The notes: generated from the letters alone by a model not told the origin. Counted from the stretch's first letter, positions 9,077 to 18,200 are shown. The stretch is DNA of 64,000 nt from Candidatus Kaiserbacteria bacterium (GCA_016217905.1 JACRFL010000001.1:18287-82286); one strand, 5' to 3'. Translations and numbers: made by a program.

Positions 9077-9295
9077 ATGGCCACCATCACAATACCGCTT
9101 AGCAAAGAACTCGAATCCTTTATCGAAGGAGAGCTTAGGGCAGGGACAAGCGATTCTAAGGCGCATCTCGTCCGTTATGCGCTCTCTCGGCTTCAGGAAG
9201 AAAGGGCGCTCTCGCGTCTTCAAGAAGCCGAATTAGATATCAGGGAGGGTCGAGTTTACCAAGGAGATTTGAAGAAATTGCTCAAGCAGTTTTAA
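9077..9295 (+). CDS. Type II antitoxin, ParD-like ribbon-helix-helix
   Basis: 72 aa; N-terminal beta strand TITIPLS, then helices (FIE....G.S.SKAHLVRYAL); directly upstream of a RelE-like gene. Confidence 0.75.
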   Translation: MATITIPLSKELESFIEGELRAGTSDSKAHLVRYALSRLQEERALSRLQEAELDIREGRVYQGDLKKLLKQF

Positions 9296-9296
9296 T

Positions 9297-9551
9297 ATGC
9301 GGTATTTATATACTGCGCGATTTCTGCGTTCGCTTAAGAAGTGCGAAGAGGCCGTACGGGATGACATATTCCGTGCCGTGAAGTTGTTTGAGACCGGGGA
9401 AAGCAATGGTGTTTTGAAATTGCATAAGTTACACGGCAAATTCAAATTGTACCGCGCTTTTTCCGCAAACTTCTCATATCGAGTACTCATTAAGATAGAA
9501 AAAAGAACGGTGTATTATGTCGATGTCGGCACTCACGCTATTTATCTATGA
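9297..9551 (+). CDS. Type II toxin, RelE/ParE superfamily
   Basis: 84 aa, basic; YTARFLRSLKK, LKLHKLHGK, YRVL, DVGTH..Y; lower GC. Confidence 0.85.
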   Translation: MRYLYTARFLRSLKKCEEAVRDDIFRAVKLFETGESNGVLKLHKLHGKFKLYRAFSANFSYRVLIKIEKRTVYYVDVGTHAIYL

Positions 9552-10126
9552 ACCACACGCCGCAGATAAAGAAAGCAATACAGTTTGCGGCGCGCAAACA
9601 TCACGGACAGTTTCGCAAAGAAACGGAGCCGCTGCCGTGTATTACCCACCTCTTCTCGGTGGCGCTCCTGGTGGCCGAAGATGGCGCTGATGATAACGTC
9701 GTCACGGCGGCGCTTCTGCATGACACGATTGAAGACACGCCCACCACGCGCGAAGAAATCGTCGCCGCGTTTAATGAGCGGGTCGCGGAGCTCGTCGAAT
9801 CGGTGAGCGAGGTGAAAGAAGCGGGAGGGGAGATCCTTGATTGGAAGGGGCGCAAAACGCACTACCTCGCGCATTTGGAAGATGCGAGCGACGACGCGCT
9901 CCTCATCGCTCTTGCGGACAAGGTGGACAATGTCGAGAGCTGGAACGAAACATTCGAAAAAGAAGGTGCGACGTTCTTGCAGCACTGGAAACGGCCGCAA
10001 GAAGAGTATCTGTGGTTCTATGGCGAGGCGCTCCGTATCGCGCAAGCGCGATTGCCGGAACATTTGCTCACGAAACGGTATGCCGAGGCCTACCAAATTT
10101 TCGCCCGTTCCTTGGGCTCTCGATAG
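9548..10126 (+). CDS. HD-domain small alarmone hydrolase (Mesh1/SAH-like)
   Basis: AARKHHGQFRK..P.ITH, AALLHDTIEDT, LADKVDN as in the RelA/SpoT hydrolase domain; no synthetase domain. Confidence 0.8.
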   Translation: MNHTPQIKKAIQFAARKHHGQFRKETEPLPCITHLFSVALLVAEDGADDNVVTAALLHDTIEDTPTTREEIVAAFNERVAELVESVSEVKEAGGEILDWKGRKTHYLAHLEDASDDALLIALADKVDNVESWNETFEKEGATFLQHWKRPQEEYLWFYGEALRIAQARLPEHLLTKRYAEAYQIFARSLGSR

Positions 10127-12051
10127 AGCGTATCGCCCTTTTTCACCCCGAATGCCGCATAAAACTCGGGAAGATTGGAGAGCGGGCCGTTGACACGGAA
10201 GCACGAGGGCGAATGCGGGTCCGTCATCACCATCGTCTTGCGGTACGCCGGTCGTTCCTGCTCGCGCTCGGTCGCCGCGTAGCCGAGGAAAAAGCGCTGT
10301 TCGGGCGTAAAGCCGGCGATATTCCTGCGGCCGGTTTTCTTGAGTCGGAGTTGGTATGCGTCATAGGCGATCGAGATGCCGCCAAGGTCGGCGATGTTCT
10401 CGCCGAGCGTGAGCCGCCCGTTTACGTTCATCCCGGGCGCGACTTCGTAATCGTTAAATTCTTTCACCAGGCGCCTTGCCTTCGCCGCGAATCGTTTCGA
10501 ATCGGTCTTCGTCCACCACGTCTTCCTATTTCCATTGCCGTCAAATTTGCACCCCTGATCGTCGAAGCCATGCGTGATCTCGTGTCCGATGACCGAACCG
10601 ATCGCGCCATAATTAAACGCGTCGTCCGCGGTAGCGTGGAAGAAAGGATGTTGAAGTATCGCGGCAGGGAAGACTATGTCATTAAGGCCGAAGCTGCAAT
10701 ACGCATTCACCGTTTGCGGACTCATGAACCATTCGTCGTGGTCAACCGGTTTTTTGAGTCTTCGAAGCGCGCGGCGGTGTTCATATTCGCTCACGCGCAT
10801 CGCATTCCCGGCGAAGTCATTGACGAATATCCGAAGCCCGCGATACGTCTTCCATTTGTTCGGATAGCCCAGCTTCCGGTGCATCTGACGGAGCTTCCGT
10901 ATCGCTTTCACCTTGGTCGCGGCGCTCATCCAGTCAAGATTCTTAATACGCGTTTCATACGCGCGGAACAGATCCGCAACGATGACCTCAACCTTATGTT
11001 TCGCTTCGTGAGGGAAGTACTCCGCCACGTAGAGTTCGCCCAGGAGCTCGCTGAGGCCCCCGTTGACCATGCGCAGTATCCGCCGCCACAAGGGCTTCAT
11101 GTGCTTTGTGCCGGAAAGCACAATGCTGTAAAAAGTAAAACTTTCTTTCTCGAGTTTGGGCGTAAGAACGGATGAAAAATCACCGACAATATGGGTGCGC
11201 AGATACGTCTTCCACGATTCGATTGGGAAGGTATGGAGCATACGTTCGGCGGCGATAAAGAAATCAGGCTGCATCACAACAACCTCCCCCGGCTTCGCGC
11301 CAAGACTTTTAAAGTACTCCTTCCAATCGACACCTTTCGCGAGTTTCTGGAGTTGAGACAGCGATTTTTTATGATACGTCTTATCGACGTCGCGCAGGTC
11401 TTCTTTTTTCATCGAGACTTTGGCGAGCGCGGTTTCTATTTCGAGCACAATTGCCGCCTCCTGTCGGGCCTCCCTAGGACGACCGGCAAGTTCCAAGAGT
11501 CGCACCAGGTGCTTTTCATAGGCGCTTCGTACGCGCCGCGACTCAGCGTCGTCCTTTATGTAATAATCACGGTCTGGCATACCGAGACCACCCTGGCCGA
11601 GATGGATAATGTACTTCTCGCTATCTTTCATATCCTGATCAATGCCGATGCCCCAAATGCCGCCCGAGCCGATGCGCTCGAGGTGTGCAATGGTACGGAC
11701 CACATCCTCCGGTGTCTTGATGTTTTCGATGCGTTTCAAGAGCGGTTGGAGCGGCGCTAGGCCGAGCGAGCGGCGCCGTTTGAGATGAATGCCGGAACGG
11801 TAGAGATCGCGAATCATTTGCTCGGCGCTCTCGGTCTTTGTGCGCTTTTTTGATGTGACCTTCTTCAGCAGTGTTTGAAGCTGTTTGTCGGTCGTGTGGC
11901 GCAGCATGGTAAAAGAGCCCCAGCGCGCCTCCGCTTTAGGTATCGGATTGCGCTTCATCCACGCCCCGCTCGCGTAGTGAAAAAAATCGTCCTGCGGGCG
12001 CACCTTCGTATCAATATCCCGCGTATCAAATCCCCATCCGTTTTTTCTCAT
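10090..12051 (-). CDS. M13 family zinc metalloendopeptidase (PepO-like)
   Basis: PQDDFF, VNAY, FPAAILQ, HEITHGFDDQG, GENIADLGG, DPHSP. Confidence 0.95.
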   Translation of the reverse strand: MRKNGWGFDTRDIDTKVRPQDDFFHYASGAWMKRNPIPKAEARWGSFTMLRHTTDKQLQTLLKKVTSKKRTKTESAEQMIRDLYRSGIHLKRRRSLGLAPLQPLLKRIENIKTPEDVVRTIAHLERIGSGGIWGIGIDQDMKDSEKYIIHLGQGGLGMPDRDYYIKDDAESRRVRSAYEKHLVRLLELAGRPREARQEAAIVLEIETALAKVSMKKEDLRDVDKTYHKKSLSQLQKLAKGVDWKEYFKSLGAKPGEVVVMQPDFFIAAERMLHTFPIESWKTYLRTHIVGDFSSVLTPKLEKESFTFYSIVLSGTKHMKPLWRRILRMVNGGLSELLGELYVAEYFPHEAKHKVEVIVADLFRAYETRIKNLDWMSAATKVKAIRKLRQMHRKLGYPNKWKTYRGLRIFVNDFAGNAMRVSEYEHRRALRRLKKPVDHDEWFMSPQTVNAYCSFGLNDIVFPAAILQHPFFHATADDAFNYGAIGSVIGHEITHGFDDQGCKFDGNGNRKTWWTKTDSKRFAAKARRLVKEFNDYEVAPGMNVNGRLTLGENIADLGGISIAYDAYQLRLKKTGRRNIAGFTPEQRFFLGYAATEREQERPAYRKTMVMTDPHSPSCFRVNGPLSNLPEFYAAFGVKKGDTLYREPKERAKIW

Positions 12052-12096
12052 GCGCGCATAGTATATGAATCTTTCATCTCATGCTATCTTTTTCGT

Positions 12097-13902
12097 ATGA
12101 CTGTTAGCGAGGTACGCAAGCGCTATATCGATTTTTTTGCAGCGAGGGGGCACGCAGTGATTCCCTCCGCGCCGATCGTGCCCGAGAACGACCCGACGAC
12201 ACTCTTTACCTCGAGCGGGATGCAGCCCCTCGTGCCGTACCTGTTGGGCCAGCCACACCCCGAAGGGAACCGCCTCGTCGATTCGCAACTCTCGTTCCGT
12301 GCGGGGGACATCGAAGAAGTGGGAGACAACCGTCACACGACGTTTTTCGAGATGCTCGGCAACTGGTCGCTCGGAGATTATTTTAAGAAAGAGCAGTTGC
12401 CGTGGATCTACGAATTTTTAACTGAAGAACTGAATCTCCCGAAGGAGCGGCTCTGGATGACCTGTTTTGTAGGAGATGAAGCGCTCGGCTTGCCGAAGGA
12501 CACCGAGTCGGCAGACATATGGAAAAAAATCGGAATGCCCGAAGATCGTGTACTTTTTTATGACGCGAAGAAAAATTGGTGGAGCCGCTCCGGCACGCCG
12601 GAGAAGATGCCGACAGGAGAACCGGGCGGCCCCGATTCTGAAATCTTTTTTGATTTTCAAACCCCGCACGACAAGGCATTTGGCGAAACGTGCCACCCCA
12701 ACTGCGACTGCGGGCGCTTCATGGAGATCGGCAATTCGGTTTTTATGGAATACATCAAGAATGCCGACGGCACCTTCGGCAAGCTTCCGAAACAGAACGT
12801 CGACTTCGGCGGCGGGCTCGAACGTCTAGCTGCAGCGACCCGAGATGACGCCGATGTGTTCCTCATCGATGCATTTGACGCTGCGCGCACCATACTCGAA
12901 AAACGCTCCGGCCATCACTATGGGGATGTAGGACGTACGACGTCCTACATGAGATCGTTCCGCATCATCCTTGATCACGTGCGCGCGGCAACTTTCATGA
13001 TCGCCTTCGGAATCCGTCCCTCGAACACCGAGCAGGGCTACGTGCTGCGCCGCCTCATTCGCCGCTCGATTCGCGAAGCTGACAAGCTCGGGATCGTCGA
13101 TGCGGTGCTTGCCGAAGTCGCCGAAGGGTTCGGCGCTGCATACGCCGATGCCTATCCGTTCGTTCAGGCGACGGTACAGACCATTCGCGGGGAGCTCGAG
13201 AAGGAGGAGGCGCAATTCAGGAAGACGCTCGTGCACGGCCTGCGCGAGCTCGAAAAGATGAGAGGCGCCGTCGATGCCTTCATGCTCTTCACCACCTATG
13301 GATTCCCGGTAGAACTCACTGAAGAAATTGCGAAAGAGCGCGGTATTGCGCTCGATATGGCCGCGGTGAAGGCAAAGATAGAAGTGCATCAAGCGCTCTC
13401 GAGAGCGGGCGCGGTGCAGAAATTTGCGGGTGGGCTTGCTGACCACGCCGAGCAGACGGTGCGCTACCACACCGCGCACCACCTGCTTCTTAAGGCGCTG
13501 CAGATAGTGCTCGGTCCCGACGTGCACCAGCGCGGGAGCAATATCACGAGCGGACGACTCCGCATCGACTTCAGTTGGGGAGCCAAGATGACGCCGGAAC
13601 AAATCGCAGCGGTTGAAAAAATCGTGAACGAGAAGATTGCGGAACAGATTCCCGTCATTCGTACGGATATGAAAAGAGATGAGGCGAAGAAGCTCGGCGC
13701 CGAGCGCGAATTCGGCGCGTCCTACCCCGACACCGTGTCGGTATATTCGATCGGCCCGCTCGAGGGCGCGTTTTCGATAGAATTCTGCGGCGGGCCGCAT
13801 GTCGAGAACACGGGCGAGCTCGGAGCAGGGAAGCGCTTCAAGATCGTAAAGGAAGAAACGTCGTCTGCCGGCGTTCGCCGCATCAAGGCGGTGCTAGAAT
13901 GA
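12097..13902 (+). CDS. alaS: Alanine--tRNA ligase (short form lacking C-Ala domain)
   Basis: DPTTLFT.SGMQP, HTTFFEMLGNWS.GDYFK, editing motifs HTAHHLL and EFCGGPHV; ends GVRRIKAVLE. Confidence 0.97.
   Translation: MTVSEVRKRYIDFFAARGHAVIPSAPIVPENDPTTLFTSSGMQPLVPYLLGQPHPEGNRLVDSQLSFRAGDIEEVGDNRHTTFFEMLGNWSLGDYFKKEQLPWIYEFLTEELNLPKERLWMTCFVGDEALGLPKDTESADIWKKIGMPEDRVLFYDAKKNWWSRSGTPEKMPTGEPGGPDSEIFFDFQTPHDKAFGETCHPNCDCGRFMEIGNSVFMEYIKNADGTFGKLPKQNVDFGGGLERLAAATRDDADVFLIDAFDAARTILEKRSGHHYGDVGRTTSYMRSFRIILDHVRAATFMIAFGIRPSNTEQGYVLRRLIRRSIREADKLGIVDAVLAEVAEGFGAAYADAYPFVQATVQTIRGELEKEEAQFRKTLVHGLRELEKMRGAVDAFMLFTTYGFPVELTEEIAKERGIALDMAAVKAKIEVHQALSRAGAVQKFAGGLADHAEQTVRYHTAHHLLLKALQIVLGPDVHQRGSNITSGRLRIDFSWGAKMTPEQIAAVEKIVNEKIAEQIPVIRTDMKRDEAKKLGAEREFGASYPDTVSVYSIGPLEGAFSIEFCGGPHVENTGELGAGKRFKIVKEETSSAGVRRIKAVLE
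12926..12951. repeat. Palindromic element copy 1, in frame inside alaS
   Basis: ATGTAGGACGT-ACG-ACGTCCTACAT-G, 11-bp perfect arms; identical to 38343-38368. Confidence 0.9.
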
Positions 13903-13906
13903 ACCG

Positions 13907-14953
13907 ATGAACTTGTTCTCCGGCTTTTTCCGCAAAGGGAAAAAAAGAGAGTCGGTCGTGCTCGTCGACATCGGTGCCGCGTCGGTCGCGGGCGCGTACG
14001 CGCGGTTTACGGAAGGAGAGCTCCCGATTTTGTTGTACACGAGACGGCTCCCTGTCGAGCCGCGCGAGGGAGAACCGCAGGAGCGCGCGATGCTGCGCGC
14101 TCTCAAAATCCTCGGCGATACGCTCATCCGCGAGGGGGCTCCCGCGCTTATGCGTCATACCGGCAGCGGGAGGAGCGATCTCATCCTTGCGTCGATCGAC
14201 GCGCCCTGGCAGAAAACCACAGTACGCACCGAACGCTTCGAGCAGAAAATGCCGTTTCTTTTTACGAAAAGCCTTGCCTCCGAGATAGTGAAAAAGACAA
14301 GCGTTACGGTTCCCCGGAAGATTCTCGCCGACGAGACCGTCATCGGCACCATCCTCAACGGCTATCGGACGAACAGTCCTTACGGAAAGAGGGCGCACCG
14401 GGCAACCCTCATCATCCTCACGTCGCTCATCGATGAGAGCATCGCCGACCACATCGTCTCCGTGCTTCGAAGCGTGTACCACACGAAGCGCATTCTTCCA
14501 ATCGCGGGAAGCTCGCTGCGCTACCAGGCGATGCACGCCGCTTTCCCGCACGAGCGGGACGCGCTCATCATCGACGCGACGGGACCGCAGACATCCCTCG
14601 CGCTTATACGCAGGGGACTTTCGGTCTCCGTCCTCGAGGCGGCGAATACACACGACACCGATTCGTGGACACGGAACGTGATAGACGAGCTTGCCGAGCT
14701 TGCGAAGCGTTATCCGCTGCCGCGGACGATATTCCTGCTCGCCCGCGAACCGGAAATAACCGTTCTGCGCGAGAAACTCGACGCGGCGAACCTGGGCAAA
14801 ATATGGCTCTCCGACACGCCGCCGCACACCGTCTCAGTGCTCGCGAGCCATATCGGCGGACTGGTCCACCAGGCGACGACGGCCCCCGCGGACCTCCCGC
14901 TCCTCCTTATGGCCCTCTTCTACCAACACTCCGCGTTCGGCGAAAAAACGTAA
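13907..14953 (+). CDS. Hypothetical protein, possibly a divergent FtsA/PilM-like (ASKHA fold)
   Basis: VLVDIGAASV and a second LIIDATG..T phosphate-loop-like motif; LNGY...P. Confidence 0.55.
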   Translation: MNLFSGFFRKGKKRESVVLVDIGAASVAGAYARFTEGELPILLYTRRLPVEPREGEPQERAMLRALKILGDTLIREGAPALMRHTGSGRSDLILASIDAPWQKTTVRTERFEQKMPFLFTKSLASEIVKKTSVTVPRKILADETVIGTILNGYRTNSPYGKRAHRATLIILTSLIDESIADHIVSVLRSVYHTKRILPIAGSSLRYQAMHAAFPHERDALIIDATGPQTSLALIRRGLSVSVLEAANTHDTDSWTRNVIDELAELAKRYPLPRTIFLLAREPEITVLREKLDAANLGKIWLSDTPPHTVSVLASHIGGLVHQATTAPADLPLLLMALFYQHSAFGEKT

Positions 14954-15001
14954 TGCACAGAGGCAGCATGACGTTCCCCCCGTAACTGGTATACTGCGTG
15001 C

Positions 15002-16240
15002 ATGCGTACACTTGATGACATCATACCGCCGTCACGGCGTAAGGAGACGGAGCCGTTCGGCCAACTGCCCCCAAATGACGGGCGCGAATCATCGCGCCTC
15101 TCAAGCGACCGTCCTCCACGGTTCCCTTACGTTACTCTCATTACCATCGTATCCGTTATTGCCGTGTCCGTCGGCGCGCTCTTCTACTTCTCGAGCGCGA
15201 AGGTCGAGATCACGCCTCACACCGTCTCCGCGGCGGTACAGGGATCCTTCACGGCGACCAAGAGTTCCGGCGATCTGCCTTTTGAAATCATTACGGCGCA
15301 AAAAATAGCTTCACAGAGCGTCAAAGGAAGCGGGACCAAGACCGTTTCCTCATCCGCTTCCGGGACCATCGTCATCTACAACACGCAGTCCAAGGCCCAG
15401 CAGCTCGTAACCAATACCAGATTCGCGACCACGGCCGGCCTCATTTTCCGGATCCACTCGGCGATAACGATTCCGGGCGGTAGCACTGCGAAGCCCGGCA
15501 GCATAAGGGTAAAGGTCTATGCCGACCAGCCCGGTAGCTTGTACAATGTCGGCCAGACTTCTTTCACGATCCCCGGATTCGCGGGAACCCCGCAGGCGAC
15601 CCAGGTCTATGCGCGCTCGACCAGTGCCATGACCGGCGGAGCTTCCGGAATCATCCCGATCGTAGACGCGCCCGCGCAAGCGCAGGCGCGCAGCGCGCTT
15701 GTCGGCGCGCTCGGTCCGGATCTTGTGGCAAGCATTGGGACGCAGATACCCGAGGGATACACTCTCCTCCCGGGCGCGACGACGACGACGTACCAGGATC
15801 TCGCGCTCGAACCCTCCTCGACGACAGGCATGGTAGAGGTGAAAGAGCAGGGGACCATCACCGCGATCGTTTTCCCGACCGCCGCGCTCGCGAAGGCGGT
15901 CGCTTCATCGGTCTCCGGCCTCAACTATCAGGGCGAGCCGCTTACTCTTTCTCTCTCATCCGGGAATTCGCTCATGCTCAAGCCCGGGAGCGATCTCACC
16001 GATACGCAGGCCTCCTCTTTCCCCTTCACGCTTACCGGGACGGCGTCGTTCGTGTACTCGGTCGATCCGACCCGCATCGCTGCGGCCGTGAGCGGAAAAA
16101 CGCGCTCAGCGGCGGAGGTGGCTCTCACGAACTATCCGGAGATCAAACGGGCCGTCATCATCCTTCGTCCGTTCTGGAGACAGACATTCCCCCAGGATCC
16201 CGCCGCGATCTCGGTAACGGTCGATTCGGGCGCATATTGA
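15002..16240 (+). CDS. Membrane-anchored protein with baseplate J/gp47-like region
   Basis: DIIPP N-terminus, one TM, ASGTIVIYN...TRF....GLIF....ITIPG...V.ADQPG..YNV..MTGG. Confidence 0.6.
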   Translation: MRTLDDIIPPSRRKETEPFGQLPPNDGRESSRLSSDRPPRFPYVTLITIVSVIAVSVGALFYFSSAKVEITPHTVSAAVQGSFTATKSSGDLPFEIITAQKIASQSVKGSGTKTVSSSASGTIVIYNTQSKAQQLVTNTRFATTAGLIFRIHSAITIPGGSTAKPGSIRVKVYADQPGSLYNVGQTSFTIPGFAGTPQATQVYARSTSAMTGGASGIIPIVDAPAQAQARSALVGALGPDLVASIGTQIPEGYTLLPGATTTTYQDLALEPSSTTGMVEVKEQGTITAIVFPTAALAKAVASSVSGLNYQGEPLTLSLSSGNSLMLKPGSDLTDTQASSFPFTLTGTASFVYSVDPTRIAAAVSGKTRSAAEVALTNYPEIKRAVIILRPFWRQTFPQDPAAISVTVDSGAY

Positions 16241-16265
16241 CGTCCTTCTGGACTCCTGCTACATT
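16237..16265 (+). promoter_or_regulatory. Promoter of the infA-rpmJ-alpha operon
   Basis: TTGACG (16237-16242), 17 nt, TGc-TACATT (16260-16265). Confidence 0.6.
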
Positions 16266-16279
16266 GACTAGGCATCAGC

Positions 16280-16552
16280 ATGAGTGACGGTGAAAGTATG
16301 ACAACGACGGTGGGAACCGTCGAGGAGGTGTTGCCGAATTCGCTTTTTCGAGTTCGTCTCTCTCCCGCGACGAGTCCGTCCCCCGAAGCGCCTGAAGATG
16401 GCGTCGCGGAGGAAAAAGGCGAGCCGCTCATACTCGCGTACCTTGCAGGCAAGATGCGCCTCCATCGCATCCGGGTCTTGGTCGGCGACCAAGTGGAGAT
16501 GGTGCTCGACCCCTACGGAGGACGGGCCCGGATAGTTCGCCGCTTAACGTAA
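16280..16552 (+). CDS. infA: Translation initiation factor IF-1 with an internal insertion
   Basis: [34 protein letters not shown]...DPY; position before rpmJ. Confidence 0.92.
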   Translation: MSDGESMTTTVGTVEEVLPNSLFRVRLSPATSPSPEAPEDGVAEEKGEPLILAYLAGKMRLHRIRVLVGDQVEMVLDPYGGRARIVRRLT

Positions 16553-16574
16553 CCTAACGAAGGACACTTTTACA

Positions 16575-16691
16575 ATGAAAGTTCGCGCGTCGATCAAAGT
16601 ACAGCAGACAGGAGACCAGCTCGTCCGCCGCGGCGGGCGTCTGTATCGTATCAATAAGAAGAATCCCCGCCGTAAAGCGAGACAAGGATAA
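16575..16691 (+). CDS. rpmJ: 50S ribosomal protein L36 (not in ORF track)
   Basis: Hand translation [38 protein letters not shown]; between infA and rpsM. Confidence 0.95.
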   Translation: MKVRASIKVQQTGDQLVRRGGRLYRINKKNPRRKARQG

Positions 16692-16715
16692 CTTGTCATA
16701 TCTAAATATTTAAAC

Positions 16716-17096
16716 ATGCGTATTGCCGGCGTTACCATCTCCGATACCAAGCAGCTCGCGTACTCGCTGCCGCTCATCTTCGGCATCGGTTCCGCGCGCG
16801 CCCGACACATCCTCAAGACGGTCGGCGTCGCGCCCACCAAGAAAGGCGCCGAGCTCACGAGCGACGAGGAACAGAAGATCCGCTCGCTCGCGGAAGCCTT
16901 CACTATCGAGGGAGAGCTTCGGCGCGAGATCGGGCAGAACATCAAGCGCCTGAAGGATATCCGCTCGGTGCGCGGCGACCGTCACAGCCGCGGTCTTCCG
17001 GTGCGCGGCCAGCGCACCAAGACGAATTCAAGGACTCGCCGCGGCAACGTCCGTAAGACGATGACCTCCGGTCGCCGGACGCTCGAGAAAACATAA
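16716..17096 (+). CDS. rpsM: 30S ribosomal protein S13
   Basis: MRIAGV, IFGIG, EGELRRE, GLPVRGQRTKTNSRT. Confidence 0.97.
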   Translation: MRIAGVTISDTKQLAYSLPLIFGIGSARARHILKTVGVAPTKKGAELTSDEEQKIRSLAEAFTIEGELRREIGQNIKRLKDIRSVRGDRHSRGLPVRGQRTKTNSRTRRGNVRKTMTSGRRTLEKT

Positions 17097-17102
17097 TTAC
17101 CT

Positions 17103-17537
17103 ATGGGGAAAAAACGCATCATCAAGAAGAGCGGGAAAGGTCTCGACGCGGGACGGAAAGAACGCGCCCTCGGCAAGGCCACGAAGCGCCGTCTCGAGAA
17201 GGGCGTCCTCCACATCGAGGCGACGTTCAACAACACGAAGGCGACCCTCACTGACGAGAAGGGGAACGCGGTCGTCTCTTCCTCGGCCGGCGCGCTCGGT
17301 TTCTCCGGCGCGAGGAAGTCCACGCCCTATGCGGCGGCGAAGGTCGGCGAATTCATCGGCGAGAAAGGTGCCATGATCGGGCTCAAGGAGGCGTCGGTCG
17401 TCATTCGCGGCGTTGGCGCAGGCCGCGAGTCGGTCTTGCGTGCGTTCTCGGGGAAGGGCATCCAGATTCGTTCCATCAAGGACATGACGCCCGTGCCGCA
17501 CAACGGCCCGCGCCCGCCGCGCGCCCGCCGCATATAA
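17103..17537 (+). CDS. rpsK: 30S ribosomal protein S11
   Basis: ATFNNT, GFSGARKSTPYAA, D.TPVPHNG.RPP..RR. Confidence 0.97.
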   Translation: MGKKRIIKKSGKGLDAGRKERALGKATKRRLEKGVLHIEATFNNTKATLTDEKGNAVVSSSAGALGFSGARKSTPYAAAKVGEFIGEKGAMIGLKEASVVIRGVGAGRESVLRAFSGKGIQIRSIKDMTPVPHNGPRPPRARRI

Positions 17538-17540
17538 CCT

Positions 17541-18164
17541 ATGAAAACCGGCCCGCGATACAAAACAGCAAAACGCCTCGGCGCATCCGTCTTCGAAAAA
17601 GCGCAGACGCAGAAGTTCGCGTTGTCCGCCGACCGTTCCGCGAAAAACAAACGCCGCAGCTCCGGCCGGCAGAGCGAGTACGGGAAGCAGATGCTCGAGA
17701 AGCAGAAAGTCCGCGTCACCTACGGCCTTCCGGAACGGCAGTTCCGCAATTACGTGAACAAGGCGCTCGGGGCGCATAGCGCGCAGCCGTCTGACCGCCT
17801 CCACGAGCTTCTCGAGCTCCGGCTCGACAACGTCGTATGGCGCCTCGGCCTCGCTCCGACGCGACGCGGCGCGCGCCAGATGGTCGCGCACGGTCATGTC
17901 ACGGTCGGCGGAAAGAGGAGCCGCGTTCCGTCGCAGGCGCTTTCGGTGGGCGACAGAATCGCAGTGCGCGAGGGCTCGAAGGGGCACGGCGTTCTCACCG
18001 GTTTCAACGAGCGATTCCTCGAACGACCGCTCCCTTCGTGGCTTTCGTGGAACCCGAAAACGATGGAAGGTTCGATTGTCGCCGTGCCGACCGCCGTGCC
18101 GACCGCCGCGTCGAGCGATGCGGCGGGCGACCTGGTCGCCGTGCTCTCGTTCTACACGAGATAG
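17541..18164 (+). CDS. rpsD: 30S ribosomal protein S4
   Basis: SEYGKQMLEKQK, LELRLDNVV.RLG, ARQMVAHGH. Confidence 0.97.
   Translation: MKTGPRYKTAKRLGASVFEKAQTQKFALSADRSAKNKRRSSGRQSEYGKQMLEKQKVRVTYGLPERQFRNYVNKALGAHSAQPSDRLHELLELRLDNVVWRLGLAPTRRGARQMVAHGHVTVGGKRSRVPSQALSVGDRIAVREGSKGHGVLTGFNERFLERPLPSWLSWNPKTMEGSIVAVPTAVPTAASSDAAGDLVAVLSFYTR
18081..18108 (+). repeat. 12-bp tandem duplication in rpsD
   Basis: GCCGTGCCGACC x2 + GCCG, encoding AVPTAVPTA. Confidence 0.8.
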
Positions 18165-18200
18165 TTTTTACATTAATCAACCGGTAATTACGATTGCGTT

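Noticed and set aside
10090-10126. 37-nt convergent overlap of the HD hydrolase and M13 peptidase genes
   Set aside because: Short tail-to-tail overlaps are common in compact genomes; both proteins look complete.
15002-16240. Prophage suggested by the baseplate-J-like protein
   Set aside because: No other phage genes, integrase or att sites; the protein has a TM anchor and core-gene context.
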